NCBI GenBank assembly: GCA_001949185.1
Contig: BDGG01000008.1
Coordinates: forward strand, 1,962,761-2,026,760
From: Ramazzottius varieornatus
Taxonomy: Eukaryota > Animalia > Tardigrada
DNA: 64,000 bases
Direction of reading: 5' to 3'
Shown here: positions 1 through 10,943 of the stretch, in pieces
Layout: every line of letters begins with the position of its first letter
Numbering within the stretch: position 1 is the stretch's first letter
Notes under the pieces: generated by a model
The model's input: only the letters and a program-made list of their open reading frames with translations
Told to the model about the DNA's origin: nothing
Databases searched by the model: none
Position numbers and translations under genes: made by a program

Positions 1-832
1 GTCATAAGATCCATTCTATAACGACTGAATTTTCGTCACTCTGGCCTCCCGCAGTTTCTTCCAGGAACAGAATGATGACTAGGCTTTTGGCTCAGACTGG
101 GGAAGAGACTCTCTTGTTTCCACCTGTGTTGTTAGTTTGCGGATCAGAGACGGCAGAGTGGAATGATCCCCTTGTGAGGAAGATCTGCTGGCCGGCTGAT
201 GTTTGCCCATTCTAATGCTGGGAAACGCACCGAGACTATCAAGAACCTCTGTGAGAAAGCCAGTGCTGCGGTTTTGGCTGAGATCGTTGGATTTTTCCTC
301 CCGAGCTCTTAATTAGTTTTTGCAGTGTCTTTAGCGATATATGTGACTTGGGACCCTGTGGGTGGCTTTGTACAGTACTTACTGCGTGCAACGGTATTGC
401 GAGGAAAAAGCTGACTTGTTTGTTTGCCTTATAATGCATTGCAGTTTTTTCGTCATTATCACACTGTGTACGTTAAAGACGCATGTTTTTGTGATACCGG
501 TAGATCGGTCCTGGCGTCTTTCCGTTCAAACCGTAGCCACTCTGGTCGAACTTTTCAAGTAAAGTGTACCCAGGTATTCATGTCATCTGACACCTGCAAC
601 GTCCAATTGTTTCGCCGAGTTCGCATTTTTTGGAGAACAATCCGATATGTACGACGTTGCCGTTCTCCTGAATAACATACCCTTGACTTTTAAAAATGAC
701 GCCTCCAAAGTAAAAAATCTTAAGAGTCACTCGATCGCGCATTAGATAAGGCCGAAGAACCGTTCCAAGTTCAGCTTGCAGCACCTACAAAAGAAACGGC
801 TGTTCAGATCAAATGTTTGGATCAGCATCAAT

Positions 833-1549
833 ATGTTGAAGTTGTGGTGCTTGCCACTGGTCCTATGCGGTTCCTGGTGCGCGGTCTCGGCTGTTCCGAT
901 GCAGCTGAGCCATTTCATGACGCTCAGTTTCGGGGCCGCCAGAGGGTTTGCTCGTTGGGGACTCAACTCTACACACGTGGAAATCGAGCTGACGTTTCCT
1001 ACGACGGGATGGATGGCCTTTGGTCTGTCTCCTGATGGTGGAATGGATGACTCGGACGTTCTCTTCGGATACGTGGATGACACCAGCAGGGAAGCTGTCA
1101 TTCAGGTAAGAGCGGTACCCGTACTGTACACGAAGTGTAGTACCATCTAGTAATTCGATCTGCCGTCCACAGGACAGATATCTTGAGCAAGATCCGGCCA
1201 CATACCGTGTGAACTTCCAACTGGATGATCAGCAAGACTGGAAGCTAGTTTACGGGATGCAAAACAACACGCATACGATTATGCGCGCTGCTAGAAAACT
1301 TCAAACATGCGACAAACAGGACCATCCCTTCACCGTAAGTTCAACTAACTCTGGTCTTTCTCGGAGGTGAAAGGGGTACTCAGTTATTGTTTATTTCAGA
1401 GGGACGGTCAGAACGTGATCTTCGCGCTGCACCCAAGGGATCCGGCTGGCAAGACGGGTCCCATCATAAAACACAGTGCAAGAGGAAACAGCATAATTGA
1501 CTTCGGCGAAGCACTGCCGGCCATTAATGCAGCGAAATTTCATTGCTGA
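833..1549 (+). CDS. Secreted stand-alone DOMON-domain protein (DBH/MOXD1 N-terminal-like), about 194 aa; exons 833-1105, 1173-1334, 1400-1549
   Basis: Signal peptide MLKLWCLPLVLCGSWCAVSA. DOMON motifs GWMAFGLSPDGGMDDSDVLFG, QDRY, LDDQQDW, RKLQTCDKQD, VIFA...KHSARG. All three exons join in phase 0 at GT-AG sites; ends FHC*. Confidence 0.9.
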
Positions 1550-1650
1550 AGTTTAGAGACAACTTTTCGTCTTGTGAAGTTCTCTTCTTGTTCGGGATGA
1601 GCTTCTACAGTATATAAAACAAACCCAGACAAGGAAGACTGTCTAACTTA

Positions 1651-1935
1651 GGCTGCGTTTCGCAAGTTAACCCTAGTTGATAACCCGAAACGTGATTGCT
1701 GACGTAACGGCTAAGAACGAACATTAGAAAGATGCTTGAAAAAGACGAGCTTGGACAATCAAATTACACTGTGATTTACACGTGCTTGATTGAATCGGGT
1801 TAACCGTTAACTAGCATAAAAAGGTTTTTTATGCTAGTTAACCGTCAATTCAGCACCTACCCCGTTCGTAACGCCGCCAGTCACGTGTGCAAAAGCTGGT
1901 TGTTAACTAGGATTTTTGACTTACGAAACCCAGCC
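1651..1935. mobile_element. PIF/Harbinger-type MITE (285 bp) with an internal 17-bp-arm hairpin
   Basis: Termini GGCTGCGTTTCGCAAGT / ACTTACGAAACCCAGCC, TTA on both sides (1648-1650, 1936-1938). Palindrome GTTAACTAGCATAAAAA-ggt-TTTTTATGCTAGTTAAC at 1806-1842. Confidence 0.75.
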
Positions 1936-2276
1936 TTAGTTATGTTATGCTCGTCAAACTGACTCAATCGGTACTTGCACGCATTGGAAACGAGACCTGC
2001 CCCGGTTGGATTGGTATCGTCTGATGTCCGGAAATACGTATGGCGCTACCTGAGCAAGGTGCCGAAAAGATTTCTCCGATTTCCTAATTGAAATCCCGGA
2101 TCTACGGACTCATACCCTTCTGTGACGCTGCATATGAACGCTGGCTTGCATACATCGCTTTAAAATAGCTCTTCTCCATCGAGGAGATGCAGTGACTGCG
2201 GAAATGTTTTATGCATGGCCATGGAAGCAGAAAGACAATGGAACGCGCAATGACAAAGGGGAAAGAATTAAATCTG

Positions 2277-2972
2277 TTAACAGCGGAAATTTGCTGACTT
2301 CATGTCGGTTGCGGACATCGCATGACTAAAGTCTAGCGGCTCAGTGCCGGTCTTTGCGGTAGTTTCCAACGAGATACTTGCGCTCTTTGATGGCGGATCG
2401 CGGGAATCCATGGCAAAAACTGCGTGTTGACTGTCCAACTGTGAACGAAAAGCTGTAAGATCCCGATTGACGAAGAAACAATGAGACAAAAGCAAAATTA
2501 CCGTAAAGGGATGATCGTCTTTGTCGCATGTCTGTAGCTTTCGAATGGCGCGGATCACAGTATGAGTGTTGTTCTGCATGCCCGAAATTCTCGTCCAATC
2601 TTGGTGACCGTCCATCATCATGGTGTCATGCATCGCGTGGTCTTCAACAACGTGACGATCCTGTTGGGAAGAATCAAAACTTAATACTAATCAACGCTAA
2701 AGGAGAATGCTACGTACCTGGACGACGACTTCTTTGGTGGCATCGTCGACGTATCCAAAGAGGAAGTCGGCATCGTCCATGTGTCCGTCAGGAGACAGTC
2801 CGAAAGCGACCCATCCTTTGGTCGGGTACGCCAGTTCCATTTCGAGGTGAGTTGAGTTGATTCCCCAGCGAGCCTCACCATGCGCCGACCCGAAGTCCAG
2901 ACTGTCACGGTGGTCCATGCGGATCGGGGTTGCGGAAACGGCTCCGATGAACAAGACCGCCCAGTACAACAT
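2277..2972 (-). CDS. Second secreted stand-alone DOMON protein, about 191 aa; exons 2972-2718, 2660-2502, 2438-2277
   Basis: Signal MLYWAVLFIGAVSA; motifs GWVAFGLSPDGHMDDADFLFG and RKLQTCDKDD. Same two intron positions and phases as the 833-1549 paralogue; ends FRC*. Confidence 0.9.
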
Positions 2973-3505
2973 GATTGCGACGCGACGTGACGAACCTAGA
3001 TCAGTACGAAGCTGGTAAGTTAGACAAAAAGCTTTTGCTGGGTGGCTCAACCGAAAACTACATAGCTGTATGAGGTTTATGTATCTGTCGACCACGACCT
3101 GTACTCAGCTCAAAATCGTCAGCAGGACTGCAAGGCATGACAGTACATTTTCGTCGTGTTTTCGTTAGCAAACTGCGTCGAAGAATTTTTATGAAAACAA
3201 TTCTGGACACCATTTGCCACGAAGCACAATGCGAACTCCGCAGTCAGCAAATGTACTCAACCAATTTATCGTCTCATGTTATTCCCCATAGACAAAACGA
3301 ATGAAAAGTTTCAAAGTGATTTGTTGTCCCTTTTTTATAACAAAGATCCGGGTACCAGAATAACTAACATCAATTTCCTGCGCTGCAGCCTGCAACAGTC
3401 GGCAAAACTATCATGAAAGACTGGAGAACAGTATAAACGAAACTGCTGCGGATTCTGAGTGCAGCAGAATCGTAGCATGGAATGAAAGCAGAAGCTGCTC
3501 AATAG

Positions 3506-5127
3506 TCAATTTGAAGAAGTTATTGTCACGACATTGTCTCGTTTGCTGACAGAATACTTTAACAACGATGAATAGTCCAGCAAGAGGTGTTTCCAATACA
3601 GTTCAACATCCGCCATCCTGAGGTGACGGAAGACAAATTCCTTCCCTCTAGGAACAGATTGTGAACTTAGTTTGCAGTGAAAAGACGAATGATTGCAGCA
3701 TTCTTTCTTACCGGTCAGCAATCTGTCTGACAAGGCCGTCATTATCCTTCGCAAACTCCAGCAGTTCCTCCACGTCCGATATGTCGTTTTTCACAGGTAC
3801 AAAGTGCACCCACGGTTTCAAAGCTGAATAGAAAAACTCTACCCAGTCCTGACCCACATGAAACACCAACGAGTTGCACAAGAACAAGTGCTTGAACCGA
3901 AAACTCGCCGCCACACCTCGAAAGTTATACAGATACTTGTATTCGCAATGATCCTCCAATTTCACCTCACTCGCCGGTTCATCACCCAACGTATCGTTCT
4001 CCGACTTCCACGCTTGGTTCTTCGTGTACTTTGCATCTACCAAGTCCGGCCACCGTCTCGACAGCAGCACCAACGGGTCTCTTTCACCACTGGTCCTCGA
4101 CCCTCGAAAAAAGCCAACGCTCTTCTTGTTTTCCCACTGGTACTTTTCAGAAGATTCGCTTAGCCTCTCCCGCATTTCGTCCCAGCGACCCAGACCGCGT
4201 GGGTACGATGCTATAGCGGGTCCACCCTCCCAGAATGTCCATGCCGGGCAGAGTATGTCTTGGTACTTTGGAGTTTTACTGAAAGAGAATACTGGGTAGG
4301 GGTTGGGCTCGTGTATGGATACCTGAGGGTAGTCGTGGACGTTGATGACCAGCTCCATGTCGGGGAGGATATGGACGAGTTTAAGGAGAAAGTGTTCAAT
4401 GCCGGAACATCGTGAGGGAAAGGAGCAGGCTTTCTGACGGTAGAGATAGTGATTGATGATCTGGTACAAGACACCGCGTTGGGAAGCTTGATCGATCATG
4501 GCTTTCGTGATGCCGTGTGTGGAACGAGTGCGATAAGGTAGAAGATCAGAATGGACGACGTCTTTGAAGCAGGTCTTTTCTTCGGTACCGAGCTGGACGG
4601 TACATGGGATGTATGCTTCCAGAGCTTCTTGAATGAGTTTGTAGTACTTCTCCCGGTTCTTCCGAGACTTCTGCGTTGTGGTTTCGGCTGAAAAACAAAA
4701 AAAAATAAGCGACGCGGACCGACGACAGATTTACCGGAGGAATGCGCCGGTTGATAGAGGTTAGCCGAAGGAAACAGTGACATGAGAAATATCATTATAA
4801 CATTGTCCGAACACGAACTAACAGTACGGCCGAACATGAAACTCAATCCATCGGCTCACCACAACAGTATGAAATTCGACATGCCAACTTACGCTTTGCA
4901 CCGGAAACGGAATTTTCAACTCGTATGTCCTGTGACGGTTTTGTTGATGCCTGAGTTTGGTGGACATCTTCAATGCCTGCTTCAGTGGAGAAAGATTTTT
5001 CGATATCGGAACAGCTAGCGGGATCATCGGCGGAGCAATAGCCATCGCTGGGATCGGAAACAAGAACAAATGCAGGTACGATCAAAATGCACATAAAATG
5101 GACTGTTGCAGCAGGCACGATCTTCAT
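3506..5127 (-). CDS. POGLUT1: Protein O-glucosyltransferase 1 / Rumi (CAP10, GT90); exons 5127-4893, 4687-3712, 3647-3506
   Basis: Motifs FPSRCSGIEHF, PAWTFWEGGPAI, GFFRGSRTS, DAKYTKNQAWKS, YLYNFRGVAASFRFKHLFLC, EFFYSALKPWVH. Splice phases are consistent. Confidence 0.95.
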
Positions 5128-5215
5128 GACTGTGCGGTCGTTACGCAGATTTTGCAGGTCTAAAAATCTTGGTCGGGCATGTACGGCTGATCAGCGTTGT
5201 TTCGATCATTACAAT

Positions 5216-6522
5216 TGATAATTAAAAATGGCCAAAAACGACGATTTTGGAATTCCAATATGGCAATTGAAATCGAGAATTCTCGGCTAGACGATTTGAA
5301 TATTAATTAGAATAGAACAAAATTGTAATTCGTAATCGAAATATTGAATGGGACAATTTGAATTATCAAATTTGCGCAAAACAGCGCGATAAAGTGCACA
5401 TGGTGCGTTAAGTGTCGGAGTTTCCACGAGTGTTTGGCGCTTGATTGGAAAACATGTGTACGTAAGTGCATGTCGCACTATGGCGCACGGCACAATGTTT
5501 ACTGTACTGTATTCTCTCCGGAAATGGATGTACGTTACTCAATTCAAAATGTGAAACTGTAGATATGGTCGGTAGGCGGTAGCTCATACGATTGAAACAG
5601 CTGTGACGCCACAGGATTCAATCACTCTAGTGAACCAGATATCAGTGACGTACATCCATTTCCGGAGAGAATACAGTATAACGTCCTGAACCACGCGCGG
5701 TGCTTCGACGTACAAGTCAAGTTGGAGCCTGTTCCCAATATTTCCCTCTACTAACCCCCTGAGGCACGTTTCGCGTAGAGCACGGTATCTGGCCGCATGC
5801 GCTGCACTGTACTGCAGCTGTGCTGTGCTGCAGCACAGCTGCAGCGCGTGAACTGACGAAATTTGTGCGGCACAGCACAGCATACAGCAGAAAGCCATAG
5901 ACTACCGCGCAGATGCACCTACCGGAACCTAACAAAAGTTACAGTTTTTGGGCATTCGAACGTCAGCCGTCTCAGCTTTGCCGTACTTTAGGGCAACGTT
6001 CTCCAGGTTGACTACCGATTTCGCTGACTAAATTACAAACCACGTCAATACATCGGCGTTCCGCGCAGTTGCACCAGGTCAACGTGCATCTGCAGCACAG
6101 CTGCTTAGCCACTGGGCATGAAAGTTGTGCAGCACAGCGCAGCGTACAGCGCCCTGGTAATGTGCGCAGCACAGCTACAGCGTAATTTTGGATCTGCGGC
6201 CCAGTGTTCTAGTTTCGCGAGTGTGATGGCACACGCGCGAGATTTTCAGAAGTATAACAATCGGGTTGACGTCAGCACATCCGTTTACAGCGCCTTGGCT
6301 GTACCATGCTTTTGCTAAACATCTGACGGGCATCCTACGCGCATGAAATGAGAGGCTTACGGTGCGTGAAAGTACCAGTCGTATGGATACTGAAATCACG
6401 ATAATGAACAACCACAATGGAAATGATTTCAGTTGCTGTTGCGAGCAGAATTCCGATGAACTGTAATTACTAATTCAGCTGGACTGAGTCCCACAAAATT
6501 AAAATTGCTGCGGCCCGAGGTA
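5216..6522. repeat. Dispersed repeat, copy 1 (homologous to 23009-24053), unclassified
   Basis: Shared colinear blocks TGATAATTAAAAATGG-CAAAAACGA, AAGTGTCGGAGTTT, TTCCCAATATTTCCC-CTAC...GTTTCGCG, ATTTCAGTTGCTGT-GCGAG, GCCCGAGGTA. Confidence 0.7.
5776..6211. mobile_element. hAT-type MITE nested in the dispersed repeat
   Basis: Perfect 8-bp TSD GTTTCGCG (5768-5775, 6212-6219). Termini TAGAGCAC / GTGTTCTA; internal GCAGCACAGC subterminal repeats. Confidence 0.8.
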
Positions 6523-6650
6523 TTCCAATTAATCGTAAGTGCAATTAAAATCAAAAAAGTCATATTGAAACAACTAGGCGGTTGATATACCGTTTGTATG
6601 ATTTACACAATTGAACTGCGGCAAAAGACTTTCATCCCGTAAAAACAATA

Positions 6651-6847
6651 CACGCACAATGGAAAATTATGGGACAGTGAAAGTTATGGGAGAGGCAGAA
6701 ACGACGGAAGAATGGAAATTCGACCGCAGAAAAGTGTCGAAAAGTACATTGCTGCGAATCAGCCGCGTCCGTATGGTCTTCCCTACCGCCGTAGCGTAAA
6801 GGCATGTCTCAAAATTTTTACTGTATCACAACACTCCATCGTACGTG
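6651..6847. mobile_element. 197-bp TA-flanked MITE (Tc1/mariner-type), family A
   Basis: CACGCAC...GTACGTG termini with TA on both sides; internal sequence homologous to 8815-9011 and 50298-50482. Confidence 0.75.
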
Positions 6848-7154
6848 TACTGAACATGTAGAATGTGAAAGAAAAACTGCGTACAGTCACAAAATCAGGG
6901 TGCATGCAATCAGGCGACATAAGTGGCAGATTTCGTCTGAAATACCAAAAAAGACCACACTATCACTGTAGTGTAAGGAAGACTAGAGTAGAAAAATGGC
7001 AAGGAATTCAGAAAAAAAGATCGGCGTTGTTTTTGGCGCGAAGACAAAGTATTTCACAAATAAACATCCATTAAAGACAGCCATTATTGATCCTGTGGGA
7101 TTCCGAAACTAAAAACCGCGTGCCGATCCCGAATGAGCGGCGCACTGAGGTCTC

Positions 7155-7831
7155 TCAAATGACTTTGGTGTACCTCCGAATGGCCACCACATTTTTGCAT
7201 TGCATGGTCTGAAAGCGAAACTTCAGTTGGTAATTTACGCTGAGCCCTACGCATGTGCAGGGCTGAGCCTTGGCGGGACGGTCAGTTTTACTCCACAATA
7301 ACCCACCACAATTAGTTCGTGAGGCTTGAATTCCCGATCGGTGAACGATTCTAGCCCGTTAGCGTCCTTCTGCTTCTGCTTCAATACATTACCTTCCAGC
7401 GTGAAGTGGGACTGGAACAGATTACAATTTGGTTACCACCGAACAGCGAAGTTAAAGCTCCCTTATAGCAAGTGTTACGTACAGCACAACGAGTCTTTCA
7501 CACCTGAACTTCACGTCCATCGATCGTTGTCTCGTGCATGGTCATCCCAAGTACAAAAGTCACTTCGTGGGTCTTGAGCGGCGTTGTCGTTCTGATGGTG
7601 TACGTGGATCCACTCCTGGTAATGTCGACGGTAGCGACTTCCATAGCACTGGCTAGCTTCCGCTTCAGTAAACTCAGACCTAAAAGCACATTAGGAGTAG
7701 CATCATAATCAGCTGTATCGACGCTTTTACACTGTGTCGTATGAAATTTCGAGCCTACCGACGGCTTTGAGGAATTCGTCAAAGTTCTGGCTTGAATGCA
7801 TTTGGTACTTCCCGGTAATATCAACTGACAT
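7155..7831 (-). CDS. FABP: Cytosolic fatty acid-binding protein (iLBP/FABP), 135 aa; exons 7831-7759, 7679-7504, 7411-7307, 7208-7155
   Basis: MSVDITGKYQMHSSQNFDEFLKAVGLSLLKRK..., ETTIDGR, C-terminal VVAIRRY. Classic 4-exon FABP layout (73/176/105/54 nt). The ORF track shows only exon 2. Confidence 0.92.
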
Positions 7832-8641
7832 CTTTGGATGTAGTCACTGTGTAAGTGCCAAGTATAATAAATCCGTTCTTATGGTATATCCAACGCCGAT
7901 CGTGAAGTACTGTATGTATGGTGCAAAAACCCAAAATTAACAAATATGAGAAAACTTGAGGTGTGCAAAGGAATTGATCAGAGGCTGAGTAGTTACATGT
8001 TTCCTACGTGCGTTGTGACTATTTGTGGTTAGGAAAAACGTATGATATCAGCCTGAAGCGGATGTCTCGAATGTCTCAGAATGGTTGATACCAGGGTAAC
8101 GGGCTCAGTATGATACGGTTTGTCCGGGAGTTCTTCATCCGTCAAGAGGTATCTGCCGATGAAACGTTTCTTGGGTTGCCACTTCCGTGTTTATCTCCTG
8201 GCATCCGATTTTCGCGTTTGTGTACCTTTCTAAAAAGATGGCGTTCCTGCAGCTGCCCTTCGAGCGGACCAGAGATCAGTTGTAGCTGGAAGTCTGGACA
8301 TTGTCCAGTAAATGCTTCGATCCGTGGAGTCTTGATCTACGTACATTAGGGGTCGTCACGCTTGGCTTTCTAACACCGCTTATTGAGGAAGCTGGCGTCT
8401 ATCGAGTCAAAGTTGAAGGGATGCTACGACCGTTCTGTCCTTTGACTCATTCCGTTGTGCGAGCTTCTATGCTGCAGGAATACAGAAAGACTGCTGGTGG
8501 AGCGTTTGGACGAATCGACCATGTGCACCTGCTGATTTTTCGTCGCATTTCTAATGTGTCGTAAAAAGGTTTCTTCACCGTTTTGAGAATGTTGCCGAGG
8601 TTATGCTTTCTACCGCATAAAGCTGCCCAGACAGAAGGAAA

Positions 8642-8714
8642 GTTCTCTTGGTGTAGCGGCTATCACGTCTGCCTAACACGCAGAAGGTCGCCAGTTCGAT
8701 CCTGGCAGAGAACA
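8642..8714 (+). tRNA. trnV: tRNA-Val(AAC)
   Basis: Acceptor stem GTTCTCT/AGAGAAC, anticodon arm TCTGC-CTAACAC-GCAGA, T-arm GTTCGATCC, followed by a T5 Pol III terminator. Confidence 0.95.
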
Positions 8715-8814
8715 TCCTTTTTAGTTTCGAAGTCAGTTCTTTAAACCACGGAAGAGTGACTTTCCAGAACGTACGAAGACGAAAACAACCGGAGCAGTCG
8801 CAGTAAATTGAGTA

Positions 8815-9011
8815 CACGCAAGACGAGAAAATATGGTACAGTAAAAATTGTGGGACAGGCGGAAAGGACGGCGAAATGGAGATTCGACCGTAGAAAAGTG
8901 TCGAAAAATGTACTACTGTGAATCGGTCGCATACGTACGTGCTCCCGTACCGCCGTAGCGAAGAGGCCTGTCCCATAATTTCTACTGTACCATAATTTCT
9001 CATCCTGCGTA
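8815..9011. mobile_element. 197-bp TA-flanked MITE, family A
   Basis: About 45-bp imperfect TIRs CACGCAAGACGAGAAAATATGGTACAGTAAAAATTGTGGGACAGGC / GCCTGTCCCATAATTTCTACTGTACCATAATTTCTCATCCTGCGTA; TA flanks. Confidence 0.85.
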
Positions 9012-10529
9012 TACAAAGAATAGTTAGTACAACAGGAGAACAGCAGCGGACGACAGATTTCTTCACCAAGAACATTTTCTTTAGCTTTCTTAAACTTTGA
9101 AACAAGTGCATCTCGTTGTTGTAGAACTTCTCAGTTCTTGTCTTTCAAGTCCGCGTTTTGGGCGTCACCAGCCAGCTTTGCGCAGCCACACGATGTACAG
9201 GTATGGGTCATGACGAGTGAGACCTTTTTTATGGTTCTGGAAAAATCAAGGTCGCACGGGGTGTTTTGACTTGACGCCTTCTGAGGCGGAGTGGTCGTTA
9301 CGCAAGCTTCGACGTGGCACTAAGGGTACCGACCAAAGCAGGTGCCGTATATCTGAACGATACAGTAAGATACGACAGCAAGCTCGGTGTACGTTCCATG
9401 TTGACCTAGTACTATAACCAATTATGTAGTAAGACTTTTCTTCAGTTGTTTTCGTACATGAGTATCAAAAACGTCAAGGAAGAAATACTCTAGGGACCTT
9501 GTTCAATCGCCACGCATGAACACAGTCAGTCTCACGGGTCATGGCACCAATGGCCTTACTTTGCTCCCTCGTATCGTCTGAACCCGTAGCCCAGTTCCCG
9601 TGATTCAAATTTCAAACAGTATCCCGTAGAAAAAAGTTTGAAACTTCTCGATCACGTGACAGTGCAGTAACAATTCAAACAATCAACCAGTGAGCACCGG
9701 TGGGCGGACAACGAAAGTATGACTTGTCACCTGTTTCCCAATAGCAGATTCGAACACTTTTCCTCACGTTGAAGCCAAGTAATTCATTACCAACTTACTG
9801 CGATATGAAGCACCATTATTCAGCTATTGTATGAGCTCATGCACATTCAATGCGTTGGTGTTCGTCGAGTTGCGAAATCAGTTTAGTGAAAGTGGCTGTT
9901 CTGTGAAAAACCCGCCACTTCCGGCAAACCAACTTTTTGGAGCGCCCAGATCCCTTTGAAAACCTGATCATACTTGCAAAAAACATTCTGATGATTGCTG
10001 TTTCAGAATCGAAAACAGCATCATGCTTTGTTTCGAACCATTGACTGCGAGAGGTAAACACTAAGATTTGCCTTGTGAGAGCTAAAAGAGTTCAATCGCG
10101 AAGCAACTTCGACCGAAAACACAGCACACCCTGGTGCATTGAATGAACATAGTTACTGTGTATTGATACTGAACATGTATTAAGAAATCTGTGAGACAGG
10201 AAAAATCTAAATCCGACCACCTCATTACAGTGGCGCATTTTAGAGGTCGCGTCGTTTTTGCACTACGAAGAATGGAAATTGTTATTTTTGGATAGTCAAA
10301 AGTCACAATGAGATAAGTTCTCACTGCTGTCATGAGAAACCAACTCAGTTCTATAGACTGACATGATTCGCTTTGAAAACGGTTAAGCCAGTAGCTGAAC
10401 AAAAATTCGGAGAACGAGGGAAAAAGTCTTATTCCCTCCCCTTCTCCCTTCGACCTAGGTAACCGCTAGGCGCTAACCAAGAAGCGAAACAAGCTGTTCA
10501 GTGCAAGGAAAACTTCTAGATAAAAAGGA

Positions 10530-10602
10530 TGTTCTCTGCCAGGATCGAACTGGCGACCTTCTGCGTGTTAGGCAGACGTGATAGCCGCTACACCAAGAGA
10601 AC
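10530..10602 (-). tRNA. trnV: tRNA-Val(AAC), identical to 8642-8714
   Basis: Exact reverse complement of the first copy, with the same TCCTTTTTA trailer. Confidence 0.95.
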
Positions 10603-10943
10603 GACATGCATTTTACGGTAGGGTTATCGATATGAGGTGGTGCGACCACAGCGTCGTTCAGTGGTGTTGTTATCGGCTACTGCGAACTACTTAACTGTTT
10701 GATAAAAAGTTGCACGCCTAACAAGCGAGCTTCAATATTCCGATACTTATTCGCGACATTTCATGCTCAATAATCCCGCTAATGAGTTCGGGCTGAATTC
10801 TCAGTACGGTCGGTTGTCAGTTTGCTTTCTGTTCTGTGGGCTGCACTTCATTTTATCTGTTCCTACTGTCTAGTATAAATCACCCATCCCCTTCACAGCT
10901 TCCGTTTCAGCCTTTCAGATAAACTGGAACAAGCCGAAACTTG

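Noticed and set aside
7155-7831. FABP-fold gene as a tardigrade SAHS protein
   Set aside because: No signal peptide; canonical FABP motifs are present.
8575-9111. 178-aa ORF, and similar ORFs at 6611 and 50319
   Set aside because: Chance frames across family A MITE and tRNA sequence.
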